NCBI GenBank assembly: GCA_963806225.1
Contig: CAWDXG010000004.1
Location: 3,584,001-3,648,000, forward strand
Direction: 5' to 3'
DNA: 64,000 nucleotides
Origin: an uncultured delta proteobacterium
GTDB lineage: Bacteria; Myxococcota_A; Polyangia; Polyangiales; Polyangiaceae
In this document: positions 16,675-26,861 of the stretch, piece after piece
Numbering within the stretch: position 1 is the first letter of the stretch
How the letters are laid out: the number at the start of each line of letters is the position of its first letter
Translations under genes and position numbers: made by a program
Notes under the pieces: model-generated
What the model was told of the DNA's origin: nothing
What the model saw: only the letters and a program-made list of their open reading frames with translations
Database searches by the model: none

Positions 16675-19077
16675 TTACTGCGGGATATTGCACGCCGCGC
16701 TGACGGGCGCGGACGTGTTGTTGTCGGTACGGCACTCGTGCGTCGGCGGCGGCACGGAGACCGTGGCGTACACCGGTGTGGTGCCGCTCTGCACGTCCGG
16801 CGGCGGATTCGGCAGCGGCAGCACGACCTGTTCGGCCTGCGCGGGATACAGCGCGTGCGTGGTAGCGCCGGTGCCGAGCTGCGTGCCCGAAGGCGGATTG
16901 CCCGAGTAGAAGGTGACACTCACGCCGGGCGGCAGCACCGCCTGCCCGAGGTTACGCACGGTCGCGATCAGCCCGTAGCCGCCACTGCACTTGGGCGACA
17001 CGACCACGACGGCATCCGCCGCATCGAACTCGCCGCCCGGCTGCTTGTTCTGGCGGAAGTTGTCCAGCCCGGGAGTCGTCCAGTTGGTGGGCTCGTTCGT
17101 GGGCACGGTGCCGTCTTCGTTGATGTTCGTGATGTGGTACGTGTGCTCGTTCCACACCCGCCGCGTGCGCACCCAGCTCTTGGTCGCGCTGCCGAAGATG
17201 CGGATCCCGGCCTGCTTCGTGCCGTTGCACGTCTCGGCGTAGGCGTTGGACGCCACGACGATGTCGGCCTGGCCGTCGTTGTCCACGTCGGCGACGACGG
17301 GATACTCCCAGAGCGTGCCGGTGGTGTTGCAGGTCTCGGGGATCAGGTTGGCACCGGTCTGACCGTCGTACATCCACAGATGGAACTCGTCGCTGTAGAC
17401 GACCTCGGCCTTGCCGTCACCGTTGAAGTCGAACACTGAGCTGCCCGTCACGGCGCTGGAGCAATCGTGCGTGGTCTTGAACCAGAGCGTGGTCTGGTTG
17501 TCGGCCACGGACGCGTTCATCAGCTTCTTTCCGCTGAGCACGATGTAGCCGACTGCTCCCGCGGCACCAACGTCCGGGAAACCATCGCCGTCGAAGTCGG
17601 CGATGGTGGGCGGCCCGCCGCCGTACTCGCTGGACGCGCCGCAGAAGGTGGCCGTAGAGGTGCCGTTGTTGATGTCGATGCCGTTCCGCACGATCTTGAC
17701 GTGCGACGGGCTCGACGGGTCGTAGCTGAGCACGTACACCTTGTGCGGTCCGGACGAGCTGATCACGACCACCTCGGGCTTGCCGTCCTTGTCGAGATCG
17801 CCCACGGCGTGGTAGCCGGGCTTGATCGCGTTCGCACCGCTGGAAAGATCCCAGATCACGGTGCCATCCGTGCGCCAGGCGCGCTGCCCGTTCACCACGT
17901 CGAGTTTGCCGTCGCCATCGATGTCGGCAAAGCCACTCAGGGTGACGCCGTAGCTGCTGGACGGGTCGAGCTGCTTGACTACGTTGCCGGTCTGCCCGTC
18001 GAGCAGTGTCGAGCCGACCAGCACCATCGGATGGCCGGTGTGGTCCGGGTCGGCAATGGCCGGGGCCTCGTATCCGCAGTGCACCTTCGTGGTGTCCGGC
18101 TGCGTCCACAGCACGCTGCCGTCGGCCTTGTAGGCGACCACGCCGGTATTCTGGGCCTGCGCGTCGCAGCAGCTCGAGCCGCCCGGCGCCGGCGCCATGC
18201 AGCCGACGATCTCCGCGACGCCGTCACCGTCGAGATCGCCGGCAGCCAGCCCGCCGCTCGCCTGTACGGCGTTCGGCTTGCTCCACTTGTCGACGACCTT
18301 TCCGCCCACGACGCTGATCGCGTGCAGCGTACCCGGCCCGTAGTACTTGCCGCCGCTGAACGTCGTGAACACGATCTCCGGGATGTCGTCCGCGGTGACC
18401 TTGCCGTCGCAGTTGTCATCGTCCAGCTCGACAACGATCGGCGACATCATCACGTCGGTCGAATACGGCGACGCGGTATCGCCACCCCAGGAGTACTTGA
18501 CCACCGGGTCGAACGCGGTCGTCGGCGGATGGTACTCGCATTTTTCTAGACAGTTCTGGCCTGCCCCGCCGTCCGGCACGCCGGCGTCGGCGCCACCGGG
18601 GCAGATGGGCGGCTTCGGCAGGCAACGCCCGGTCTGCACACTCTTGCCGCCCGTACAGCTTCCGCCGTCGTTTGCGGGCGTGCCGGCATCGCTGCCGCTG
18701 CCGAGCGCGTACTCGCAGTATTCATTCGCGCCGCAGTCGCTGGAATCGGTGCACTGCGTGCCCGGCGTCGCGCACTTGTTGAAGGAGCAGACCTGCCCGC
18801 TCGTACAACATGCGTCTCCGCACGCGCGCGCTGCAGCACAGCACTGCCCCCCGGCACAGACTCCGCCGTCGCCACAGGGCTGACCAGCCGTGCAGCTCGC
18901 GGTGTGGTCGTTGTTGAACGAAGCGTCACCCGCGCCGCCGTCGATGCCCGCGCCCCCCGTGCCGCCACTGCCGTGATGATGGTCATTCGAGGCGGTGCCG
19001 CCGCTCGAGCTGCAGGCAGGCGCCGCCAGGGCCAGAGCGGCCGAAAGTGAAGCGAAGAGCAGAACCGCGCGTTTCAT
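16675..19077 (-). CDS. FG-GAP/VCBS-repeat beta-propeller lipoprotein with Cys-rich N-region and CARDB-like C-terminus
   Basis: Signal peptide ending AAPAC. Repeats GDLDGDGVAEIV, DIDGDGKLDVV, DLDKDGKPEVV, DFDGDGFPDV, DFNGDGKAEVV, DVDNDGQADIV. TVRNLG...ECRTDNN at the end. Confidence 0.85.
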   Translation of the reverse strand: MKRAVLLFASLSAALALAAPACSSSGGTASNDHHHGSGGTGGAGIDGGAGDASFNNDHTASCTAGQPCGDGGVCAGGQCCAAARACGDACCTSGQVCSFNKCATPGTQCTDSSDCGANEYCEYALGSGSDAGTPANDGGSCTGGKSVQTGRCLPKPPICPGGADAGVPDGGAGQNCLEKCEYHPPTTAFDPVVKYSWGGDTASPYSTDVMMSPIVVELDDDNCDGKVTADDIPEIVFTTFSGGKYYGPGTLHAISVVGGKVVDKWSKPNAVQASGGLAAGDLDGDGVAEIVGCMAPAPGGSSCCDAQAQNTGVVAYKADGSVLWTQPDTTKVHCGYEAPAIADPDHTGHPMVLVGSTLLDGQTGNVVKQLDPSSSYGVTLSGFADIDGDGKLDVVNGQRAWRTDGTVIWDLSSGANAIKPGYHAVGDLDKDGKPEVVVISSSGPHKVYVLSYDPSSPSHVKIVRNGIDINNGTSTATFCGASSEYGGGPPTIADFDGDGFPDVGAAGAVGYIVLSGKKLMNASVADNQTTLWFKTTHDCSSAVTGSSVFDFNGDGKAEVVYSDEFHLWMYDGQTGANLIPETCNTTGTLWEYPVVADVDNDGQADIVVASNAYAETCNGTKQAGIRIFGSATKSWVRTRRVWNEHTYHITNINEDGTVPTNEPTNWTTPGLDNFRQNKQPGGEFDAADAVVVVSPKCSGGYGLIATVRNLGQAVLPPGVSVTFYSGNPPSGTQLGTGATTHALYPAQAEQVVLPLPNPPPDVQSGTTPVYATVSVPPPTHECRTDNNTSAPVSAACNIPQ

Positions 19078-19173
19078 CGTGTGATGGTATCGGCGCACCC
19101 CGGGCCGCACAAGCGCACCCGGGCTTCGATCCCCTCGCACGCGGGGGGCGGGCGCGGTATGGATCACTGCGTC

Positions 19174-20160
19174 ATGACGGTGAAGCGCTTCATGCGTGAG
19201 CGGCTGCGCGAGCCGCTCCTCCTCAAGGATGCGGAGCGCACGGCGAGGGCGTATTCGGTGCCACAGCGCGCGCGCATCGCGGAGCTGTCGGATGCAGCGC
19301 GCCGGCGCGAGAACGCGGCGCTGGAGCTGCGCGAGGACCGGAGCACCGCCGCGGCGGTCGAGCTACACCGGCAGGCCGCCTCGCTGATGATCAGCGCGCT
19401 CCTGGTAGCGCGGGGTGAACACGGTCTCGAGGGCGTGCTCGAAGCGCCGGAAGCCTGGGCGCGGCTTTCAGCCCTGCTGGACGCGGGGGCCTTGAAGGAT
19501 CCGCCGGAGGAGGTGTCCGTGGCGCGCCCTCTGCTCGCCGAATCGGACCCACTCGCGGTGGATCGGCTCCAGCCCGCCGCCGCTCGGGACGTGCGCGCGG
19601 CGGCCGAAGCGACCTCGCGCTGGCTACGCGGCTGCTACGAGTCGCGGACGCCACGCCAACTCAAGGTGCAGCGCGTGCTCCGCATCGGCGCGCTCGTCGC
19701 AGCCCTCGGTCTGCTCCTCAGCGCCGGCGTCGCCAGCGCGCTTTCGGCGCAGGACATCGCTCTGGGCAAGCCGGTCACCGCCAGCGGGCGTTTCCACGGC
19801 ACACCCACCGCCTCGCATGCCGTGGACGGCGTCAAGGACGGCAGCCTCGGGGTCCACACGGCCCTTCACGACAACCCGTGGGTCACGATCGATCTGCTGG
19901 CGCCCTACGCCGTCGACAAGGTCGTGGTCGTCAACCGCGGCGACGGCTACTTCGACGGCATCTTGCCGCTTTCGCTGCAGCTGTCGACCGACGGCAAGCA
20001 CTTCACCCAGGTCGCCTTGCGCAAGAAGGTCTTCACGGATACCGATCCCTGGGTCGTGAAACTGCCGGGAACGGTAGGCCGCTACGTGAGGCTCCAGGTC
20101 AAGAAGCGGCGCGCCTACATGTGGGCGAGCGAAATCGAGGTCTTCGGCGACAAGAAGTAG
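19174..20160 (+). CDS. Membrane-anchored discoidin (F5/8 type C) domain protein
   Basis: Helical N-terminal domain, one TM, then DIALGKPVTAS, AVDG, PWVTIDL, GRYVRL, EIEVFG. Start uncertain (19159/19174/19192). Confidence 0.8.
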   Translation: MTVKRFMRERLREPLLLKDAERTARAYSVPQRARIAELSDAARRRENAALELREDRSTAAAVELHRQAASLMISALLVARGEHGLEGVLEAPEAWARLSALLDAGALKDPPEEVSVARPLLAESDPLAVDRLQPAAARDVRAAAEATSRWLRGCYESRTPRQLKVQRVLRIGALVAALGLLLSAGVASALSAQDIALGKPVTASGRFHGTPTASHAVDGVKDGSLGVHTALHDNPWVTIDLLAPYAVDKVVVVNRGDGYFDGILPLSLQLSTDGKHFTQVALRKKVFTDTDPWVVKLPGTVGRYVRLQVKKRRAYMWASEIEVFGDKK

Positions 20161-20161
20161 C

Positions 20162-21220
20162 ATGAACGATCGTCTCGTCATCGAGAGCCCCCAGGGCACT
20201 ATCCGCTACGACGACAGCGTCGAGCACTTCGAAAATGGGGTACTGCGGCTACTCGGGCTCGACCGCGAGGCGTTCGAACACTGGCTACTGGTCAGCGAAG
20301 GCCAGCAGGGCAAGGACGTGCTGGAGAAGCTCGGCCGCGGCTTCGCGCGCCTCAGCCCCCTCGCCCGCACCGAGACGCTGCACACGGCCGAGGTGGAGCC
20401 GGGCCCCGGCGGCGAACGCGGCGCTATCTGGCATCCAACGATTGCGGAGAACCGTTCCTTCGGCGTGGCGCGTTCGGTGGACGGCGACCTGGGATGGCTG
20501 ATCCAGCTCTCGGGCGACCTGTGGCGGCGGGAGACCGAAGCGCCGGCGTACGAGGAGGACTACTTCGAAGGCAACAGAAACCAGGCGGGCGGCTACGGCG
20601 ACTACGGCGCCCAGCAGGACTGGCGGCTCGAGAAGGCCGCGCGACAGGTGCGGGAGCTAGGTGAAGCCACTGGCCTCCCGCGCGGCCGGGTGCTCGATGT
20701 CGGTAGCGGCTACGGCTACTTCCAGAAGGCGCTCTCGGACGCCGGCTTCGAGCACGACGGCCTGGAGCTCAGCCGCCACGCGCGCGAGGCGGCCAAAGCA
20801 CGCTTCGGCTTCGAAGCGCTCGATGGCACGCTTGAAAGCCACGCGACGGAGCTCGCCGGCCGCTACGACGCCGTCACGCTGTGGGACGTGCTCGAGCACG
20901 TCGCGGATCCGACGGCGCTTCTGATCGCGGCAGCACGCTGTCTGCGCCCGCGGGGTTTCGTGGCACTCAAGACGCCGAACATCCGCTGCCCGGAAGCGCG
21001 CGTGTTCGGTCCGCACTACCACTCGCTAAAGCGCGAGCACCTTGTCTACTTCACGGCCCGCTCGCTGGTCCGTGCTGCAGAGGGCGCGGGGCTCGAGCCG
21101 CGGCGTGTCACGAGCGTGTCGCACCTTCTCGTCGGTTTCCTCGGTGCCGACCGCACCGCGGAGCTCTCGGCGCGCAACGAAGGCGCGGATCTGGTCGCCT
21201 ACCTGCAGAAGCCTGCGTGA
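20162..21220 (+). CDS. Class I SAM-dependent methyltransferase with N-terminal extension
   Basis: VLDVGSGYG, YDAVTLWDVLEHVADP, TPN, EHLVYF, a pattern typical of glycan-cluster methyltransferases. Confidence 0.85.
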   Translation: MNDRLVIESPQGTIRYDDSVEHFENGVLRLLGLDREAFEHWLLVSEGQQGKDVLEKLGRGFARLSPLARTETLHTAEVEPGPGGERGAIWHPTIAENRSFGVARSVDGDLGWLIQLSGDLWRRETEAPAYEEDYFEGNRNQAGGYGDYGAQQDWRLEKAARQVRELGEATGLPRGRVLDVGSGYGYFQKALSDAGFEHDGLELSRHAREAAKARFGFEALDGTLESHATELAGRYDAVTLWDVLEHVADPTALLIAAARCLRPRGFVALKTPNIRCPEARVFGPHYHSLKREHLVYFTARSLVRAAEGAGLEPRRVTSVSHLLVGFLGADRTAELSARNEGADLVAYLQKPA

Positions 21221-21352
21221 GTTGACGCCCATCAAGCCGTACGCGATCGGGTGCGCGTTTAGGCGACATCTCCTGACATCCGTCATCTAGGCGGCGGCGG
21301 TCGAGGGACTACGGTCCCACGTGATCGCCGAGGGCGGCGACGCAGGGCCGCC

Positions 21353-22603
21353 ATGCCGACTCCCGATCGTTCGAACAGCAGTCCAGCACGCGTAGTTGTC
21401 ACCGGAGTGGGGCTGGTGACGGCGCTGGGCGCCAACGCCTCTTCCTCCTGGGAGGAGCTCGCCGCGGGGCATTCCGGTCTCCGCCGCATCACGAGCTTCG
21501 ACACACAGGGCGAGAAGGTGAGCGTGGCCGGCGAAGTGACGCCGGACATCGCCGAAGCACTCGCGGCTCGGCTGCCTCCCGACGTGCGGGGACGCACCGA
21601 GCGCTTCGTGCACTTCGCCTGCGCGGCGGCGGCTGAAGCGCTGGACTTCGCCGGACGACCGCACCTCGAGGCTCCCGGCCGCTTCGGAGTGTTCGCGGGC
21701 GTCGGCATCGGCGTGCCGCACCCCTCGGCGGGCTACAAGGTCGGCCCGACATCGATCATCAAGGTGATGCCGAACGGCGCGGCCGCCTGGATCTCGATCC
21801 TGGAACACCTCGAGGGTCCGAGCCTGGCCGTGAGCACCGCCTGCGCGTCGGGTGCTCACGCCATCGGGCTGGCGTTCGACCAGGTCCGCCTCGGGCGCGT
21901 AACCGGCATGCTCGCCGGCGGCGTCGACACGGTGATCACACGCGACGTGCTGCGCGCCTACGCCTGGATGCGCGCGCTAAATACCGCCCGTGACGAAGAG
22001 CCCTCCGCGATGTCGCGCCCCTTCGACGCGACCCGCCGCGGGTTCGTGCTGGGCGAAGGCGCCGGCTTCTTGATGCTGGAAGAGCGCGAGCACGCGCTCG
22101 CGCGTGGCGCACCCATTCTGGCGGAGATGCGCGGCTGGGGAGCGAGCTCCGATGCTCACAGCATCGTCGCAGTTGCGCCGGAGGGGCGCGGCATGGCTCG
22201 CGCGATGCAGCGCGCACTCGACGACGCCGGGCTGCCTTCTGAAGCGGTCGACTACATCAGCGCCCACGGCACCAGCACGAAGATGAACGACCGCGAAGAG
22301 ACCCGCGCGATCCACCAGGTCTTCGGAGCGCGCGCCCGGCAGCTCAGGGTCAGCTCGCAGAAGTCCATGCTGGGGCACGCCATGGGCGGCGCGGGCGGGA
22401 TCGAAGCGGCGGTAACGGTGCTGTCGATCGAAAAGCAGATCGCTACGCCCACCATCAACCTCGACACACCCGATCCCGAATGCGACCTCGACTATGTGCC
22501 GCACGTGGCGAAGAAGGGCACGATCCGGGCGGCGCTCAGCAATTCGTTCGGCTTCGGGGGCCACAACAGCGCGCTGGTATTCGCGCATCCCGAGGTCACG
22601 TGA
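21353..22603 (+). CDS. fabF: Beta-ketoacyl-ACP synthase II-like ketosynthase
   Basis: RVVVTGVG, STACASG (Cys), SAHGTST (His), KSMLGH (His), SNSFGFGGHN. Confidence 0.9.
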   Translation: MPTPDRSNSSPARVVVTGVGLVTALGANASSSWEELAAGHSGLRRITSFDTQGEKVSVAGEVTPDIAEALAARLPPDVRGRTERFVHFACAAAAEALDFAGRPHLEAPGRFGVFAGVGIGVPHPSAGYKVGPTSIIKVMPNGAAAWISILEHLEGPSLAVSTACASGAHAIGLAFDQVRLGRVTGMLAGGVDTVITRDVLRAYAWMRALNTARDEEPSAMSRPFDATRRGFVLGEGAGFLMLEEREHALARGAPILAEMRGWGASSDAHSIVAVAPEGRGMARAMQRALDDAGLPSEAVDYISAHGTSTKMNDREETRAIHQVFGARARQLRVSSQKSMLGHAMGGAGGIEAAVTVLSIEKQIATPTINLDTPDPECDLDYVPHVAKKGTIRAALSNSFGFGGHNSALVFAHPEVT

Positions 22604-24294
22604 AGCCTTCCCTGCTCGTCAACGAAGCGTCCTTCTCGCTCGAAACCAACACGCTTCCGGAAGCGCTCGAACGCGCGGCGGCCGCTGGCGCGCATCTGTG
22701 GCTGGCCGCGAAGGACAAGGAAGCCGTCGAGCTGCCGATGCGCGATCTGCTCGAGCGCGCGAGTCGTTTGGCGCGGCACCTGTTGTCGCTGGGCATGAAG
22801 CCGGGCGAGCGCGCGGTCGTGATGCTGCCGACGAGCGAGGGCTGGCTGGCGGGGTTCTTCGGAACGCTGCTCGCTGGCGGGGTTGCCGTGCCTCTCGGGC
22901 CGAACCTGTCGTTTGGCGGGATGGATCGCTACGCGTCGACGGTGCGCGAGATCATGCGCGCAGCCGGAGCGCGCTTCCTGCTCGGCAATGACGCGATCGA
23001 GCCGCACCTGCCCGGGCTCCGCGCTCACGGCACGAGCCTCGAGCACTTCGTGCGGGCGGACCTGGCCCACGAGCTGCCGGTCGGCGCGGTCACGCTGCCT
23101 TCGCCCTCACCCGAAGCAACCGCGGTCATCCAGTACACGAGCGGCACGACCGGCACGCCCAAGGGCGTCATGCTGTCGCACCGCGCGCTGCTCGCCAACG
23201 CCTACATGATCGGTGAGCGCAGCGGCATGAGCCCGGCAGACGTGGGCGTCAGCTGGCTGCCGCTGTTCCACGACATGGGGCTGGTGGGTGCTCTGCTCAC
23301 TTCGCTGTACTGGCACTACCCGCTGCTCTTGATGCCGGTCGAGTCGTTCCTGCTCCAGCCGCGGCGCTGGATCACCTGGATGAGCAAGAAGCGCGCGACG
23401 CTCACGGTCGCGCCGAACTTCGCCTACCAGTTCGCGGTCGACCGCGTCGCCGAGCGTCACCTGGCGGGTCTGGACCTGTCCGCGTGGCGCAAGGCGTTCA
23501 ACGGCTCCGAGGCCGTTCGCCCGGGCACGCTGCGCGCGTTCACCGAACGTTTCGGACCGCTCGGCTTCGACGAGAGCGCATTCGAGCCGGTCTACGGCAT
23601 GGCCGAAAACGCGCTCGCCGCCACCTTCCCGGAGGCCGGCCGGCCCTGGCACACGGCCGAGCACGCGGGGCGCGAGCTCTGCTCGGTCGGCACGCCGCTG
23701 TCCGGCGTCAGCGTCGCGGTGGTGGACGAAAGCGGCCGTCCCGCAGAAGGCGGCGCCGCCGGCTCGATCCGTCTGTCCAGCCCATCGCTGATGGACGGCT
23801 ATTTCGAGAACGAGGCCGCCACGGCCGAGGTCCTGCAGCACGGCTGGCTCGACACCGGCGATATCGGCTTCATCCGCGACGGCGAGCTCTTCGTCACCGG
23901 GCGCAAGAAGGAGCTCATCATCAAGCGCGGTCGCAACTACACGCCCGACGAGCTGGAGAACGTCGCGCTCGAGGTCACGCGCGGCCGCGTGCTGCGCGCG
24001 GCGGCCTTCGGCGCGCCGGACGAACGCGAAGGCACCGAAAAGATCGTGCTCGTTCTCGAGACGCGCAAGAACACGGCCCACGAACGGGAGCTTCTGTCGC
24101 GCGACGTGAGCGGCGCGCTGGTGGCAGCGGTGGGCGTGGGACCGGACGTCACCGTGGTGGTGCCGCCGCACACCATCGAGCGCACCACGAGCGGCAAGCT
24201 CAGGCGCGCCGCGCTGCGCATTCGCTTTCTCGAGGGCAAGTTGCCGCAACACGAACAACCCGACGCCACCACCTCCCCCGAGGAGCCCGCTTGA
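22600..24294 (+). CDS. Fatty acyl-AMP ligase (FAAL)-like adenylation enzyme
   Basis: GTGA overlap with the KS. QYTSGTTGTPKGV, SWLPLFHDMGL, APNFAY, YGMAE, TGDIG, GRKKELII, TTSGK. Confidence 0.88.
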   Translation: MKPSLLVNEASFSLETNTLPEALERAAAAGAHLWLAAKDKEAVELPMRDLLERASRLARHLLSLGMKPGERAVVMLPTSEGWLAGFFGTLLAGGVAVPLGPNLSFGGMDRYASTVREIMRAAGARFLLGNDAIEPHLPGLRAHGTSLEHFVRADLAHELPVGAVTLPSPSPEATAVIQYTSGTTGTPKGVMLSHRALLANAYMIGERSGMSPADVGVSWLPLFHDMGLVGALLTSLYWHYPLLLMPVESFLLQPRRWITWMSKKRATLTVAPNFAYQFAVDRVAERHLAGLDLSAWRKAFNGSEAVRPGTLRAFTERFGPLGFDESAFEPVYGMAENALAATFPEAGRPWHTAEHAGRELCSVGTPLSGVSVAVVDESGRPAEGGAAGSIRLSSPSLMDGYFENEAATAEVLQHGWLDTGDIGFIRDGELFVTGRKKELIIKRGRNYTPDELENVALEVTRGRVLRAAAFGAPDEREGTEKIVLVLETRKNTAHERELLSRDVSGALVAAVGVGPDVTVVVPPHTIERTTSGKLRRAALRIRFLEGKLPQHEQPDATTSPEEPA

Positions 24295-25367
24295 AGGCTC
24301 TGGTCGTCGGCGGCACGGGCTTCGTGGGCATGAACGTCGCGCGGGCGCTGGTTGCCGCGGGGCACGACGTGGGTGCCACACGCCGCCCGCATGGCAACAC
24401 GCTGTTCGCGCGGCGACTAGGCGCTCGGCTGATCCATGTGGACCTGGACGACGCGGACTCGCTGACCGACGCGATGCGCGGACGCGAAGTTGTCTTCATG
24501 TGCGCCGGGCACTACCCGCGCTACTCGCTCGATCTCGATGCGGAGGTGCGCGTGGCGCGCGCTCGGGTGCGCAACACGCTGGATGCAGCGCGGCGCGCCG
24601 GCGTCCAGCGCTACGTACTGACCAGCTCGGTGGCCACAGTGGGGCCGCCAGCCCGGGGGCGGCTCCATTCCGGGGAGCAGGACCGCGCCGAACCCCGCTC
24701 GCTCCGCTCCGTCTACCACGCCGTCAAGGCTGCCATCGAGGACGAGGCCGCCGCAGCGTGCCGCGCCGGGCTCGACGTGGTCGTGCTCTGCCCGACCGCC
24801 ATCTTCGGCGAGCTCGATGTGAAGGCGGGGACCGGCTATCTCGTCGTCGCGCTCGGCAACGATGCAATGCCGTTCTACGTGGAAGGGCGCACCAACGTCG
24901 TCGACGCGGATGATCTCGCGCGCGCCCACATCCTCGCCGCCGAGCGGGGGCGCCCAGGCGAGCGCTACATCGTGGGCGGGCACAATCTCATGACCAGCGC
25001 GCTGATCGAGCACATCGCCGACACGCTGGGGGTCGCCCAGTCCGTGCAGCGGTTGCCCACGCGCCTGGCGGGCGTGGTGGCGACGCTGTCGGAGATGCGC
25101 GCCCAGGCCCTGAACAACGGACGCCGGCCCTTGATCTCCCGCGAGCTGGTGGACGTAGTGCGCTTCGGGCGCTGGGTCAGCACGGAAAAGGCGGAGCGCG
25201 AGCTCGGTCTTCCTGCACCCACCCCGCTCGACTCGACCCTAGACAAGGCGTGCCACTGGTACGTCCGTCATCGCTACGTGCGACCCCGACAAGGAGACCG
25301 CCATGACCATGTCCACACAACAGATCCAGACCGATGTCGAGACCATCATCCGGCGTATCCGTCCTGA
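24291..25367 (+). CDS. Extended SDR reductase (HpnA/dihydroflavonol-reductase-like)
   Basis: TTG start in a TTGA overlap, preceded by GAGGAG. GGTGFVG, LTSSVAT, YHAVK, GERYIVGG. Confidence 0.85.
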   Translation: MKALVVGGTGFVGMNVARALVAAGHDVGATRRPHGNTLFARRLGARLIHVDLDDADSLTDAMRGREVVFMCAGHYPRYSLDLDAEVRVARARVRNTLDAARRAGVQRYVLTSSVATVGPPARGRLHSGEQDRAEPRSLRSVYHAVKAAIEDEAAAACRAGLDVVVLCPTAIFGELDVKAGTGYLVVALGNDAMPFYVEGRTNVVDADDLARAHILAAERGRPGERYIVGGHNLMTSALIEHIADTLGVAQSVQRLPTRLAGVVATLSEMRAQALNNGRRPLISRELVDVVRFGRWVSTEKAERELGLPAPTPLDSTLDKACHWYVRHRYVRPRQGDRHDHVHTTDPDRCRDHHPAYPS

Positions 25368-25557
25368 TCTGCACGGCGCGATCCGCCCCGACGATCGCCT
25401 GCGCGACGACCTCGGCCTCGACTCGCTGCACTCGATGGAGCTGCTGTCGGAGGTGACGGAGAAGTACGAGATCAACGTCGACCCTGAAGACCTGCAGGAA
25501 GTCCGCACGGTCACCGATGTGGTCACTTTCCTGGCCGCGCTGCTGGATCAGCAGTGA
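25303..25557 (+). CDS. Acyl carrier protein
   Basis: 84 aa, acidic, DLGLDSL phosphopantetheinylation motif, AAGGAG ribosome-binding site. Confidence 0.92.
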   Translation: MTMSTQQIQTDVETIIRRIRPDLHGAIRPDDRLRDDLGLDSLHSMELLSEVTEKYEINVDPEDLQEVRTVTDVVTFLAALLDQQ

Positions 25558-26861
25558 TGAAGGTCCAGTTCATCTACCCGGCGTTCGAACGGCACGCCGA
25601 ATCGCATCCCGAGCTGCTCGAATACGTGCCCTGCGACGAGTACCTCGGCGGCGCAGGGCTCGGGATCGCCAGCATCGCCGCGGTGACACCGCCTGGAATC
25701 GAGATCGCCTACCACGACGATCGACTGGAGCCGTTTCCCGTCGAAAACTCCGATGCGGATCTGTACGCCCTGTCGTTCTTCACGCCCGCGGCCACACGTG
25801 CTTTCGAGCTCGCCGACCAGCTGCGCGCCGCCGGCAAGCGTACCGTCTGCGGCGGCATCTTTCCGTCGATGATGCCCGACGAGGCGCAGAAGCACTTCGA
25901 CGCGGTCGTGGTCGGCGAGGGCGAAGGTGCCTGGCTCGAGCTGCTCGACGATCTCGGGCGGGGCGAGCTCAAGCCTCGCTACCAGGCCAGCGCGCCGTTC
26001 GACATGGCCGCCCTGCCTCCGCCGCGCGTCGACCTCTACGTGGAGGGCGAATCCCCAACGCTCAAGCCGGACGACTATCCGCTGCAGCTTTCCCGCGGCT
26101 GTCCGCTCGCGTGCGACGCCTGCGTGCTGCCGGGCACGCTGGGCAAGAAGCTGCGCGTGGTGCCTCGCGAAACGGCGCGTACGGCGCTCGGCAATCTCCG
26201 GCGCCTCGGCAAGCGCGCGGCGCTCACCGAGGACACGTCCTTCTTCTTCTTCTCCGGGGCCCGTCGCCATTTCCGCGAGTTCCTCGAGGACCTGAAAGAA
26301 GACCCGCGCCCAAGCTACGACAAGGTGAGCTACGTGGGCATCAGCATGCCGATGCTGCTCGCGCTCGATCCGACGCTGCTCAGGGAGATGATCGACTCGG
26401 GCGTCGATCGCTTCTACCTGGTCGGCGGCTTCGACAAGATCACGCGTGAAGCCTTCGGCGAGGGGAACGCGAAACAGCTTGAACGGGCGGCGCGCTGCAT
26501 CGCCCGCTGCCACGAGTTCGGCATCGAGCCGTACATGTCGTTCCTGGTCGGCAACGACACCGACGACGAGGCCGTGTTCGACCGCATGCTCGACTTTTCG
26601 GCAAAGAACAACGTCGACAAGTGCGAGTTCGCCGTTTTCACGCCGTACCCCGGGACGCCTTCCTGGCAGCGCATGATTGCGGAAGAGCGCATCATCGACC
26701 GGAGCTGGAAGCACTACAACGACGCCAACGTCGTGTTCCGGCCGAAGCAGATGAGCGTAGAACGACTGCAGCGGGGCTACCTCGAGCTCTGGCGCGACTT
26801 CTACCGCGGTCGCGGAGAGCTCCGCGACCGCGAGCACCACGCCCGCACCATCCAGTTCTGA
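25554..26861 (+). CDS. Cobalamin-binding radical SAM protein
   Basis: N-terminal B12-domain features (GGIFPS, VVVGEGE), SRGCPLACDAC (CxxxCxxC), TPYPGT. Confidence 0.9.
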   Translation: MMKVQFIYPAFERHAESHPELLEYVPCDEYLGGAGLGIASIAAVTPPGIEIAYHDDRLEPFPVENSDADLYALSFFTPAATRAFELADQLRAAGKRTVCGGIFPSMMPDEAQKHFDAVVVGEGEGAWLELLDDLGRGELKPRYQASAPFDMAALPPPRVDLYVEGESPTLKPDDYPLQLSRGCPLACDACVLPGTLGKKLRVVPRETARTALGNLRRLGKRAALTEDTSFFFFSGARRHFREFLEDLKEDPRPSYDKVSYVGISMPMLLALDPTLLREMIDSGVDRFYLVGGFDKITREAFGEGNAKQLERAARCIARCHEFGIEPYMSFLVGNDTDDEAVFDRMLDFSAKNNVDKCEFAVFTPYPGTPSWQRMIAEERIIDRSWKHYNDANVVFRPKQMSVERLQRGYLELWRDFYRGRGELRDREHHARTIQF

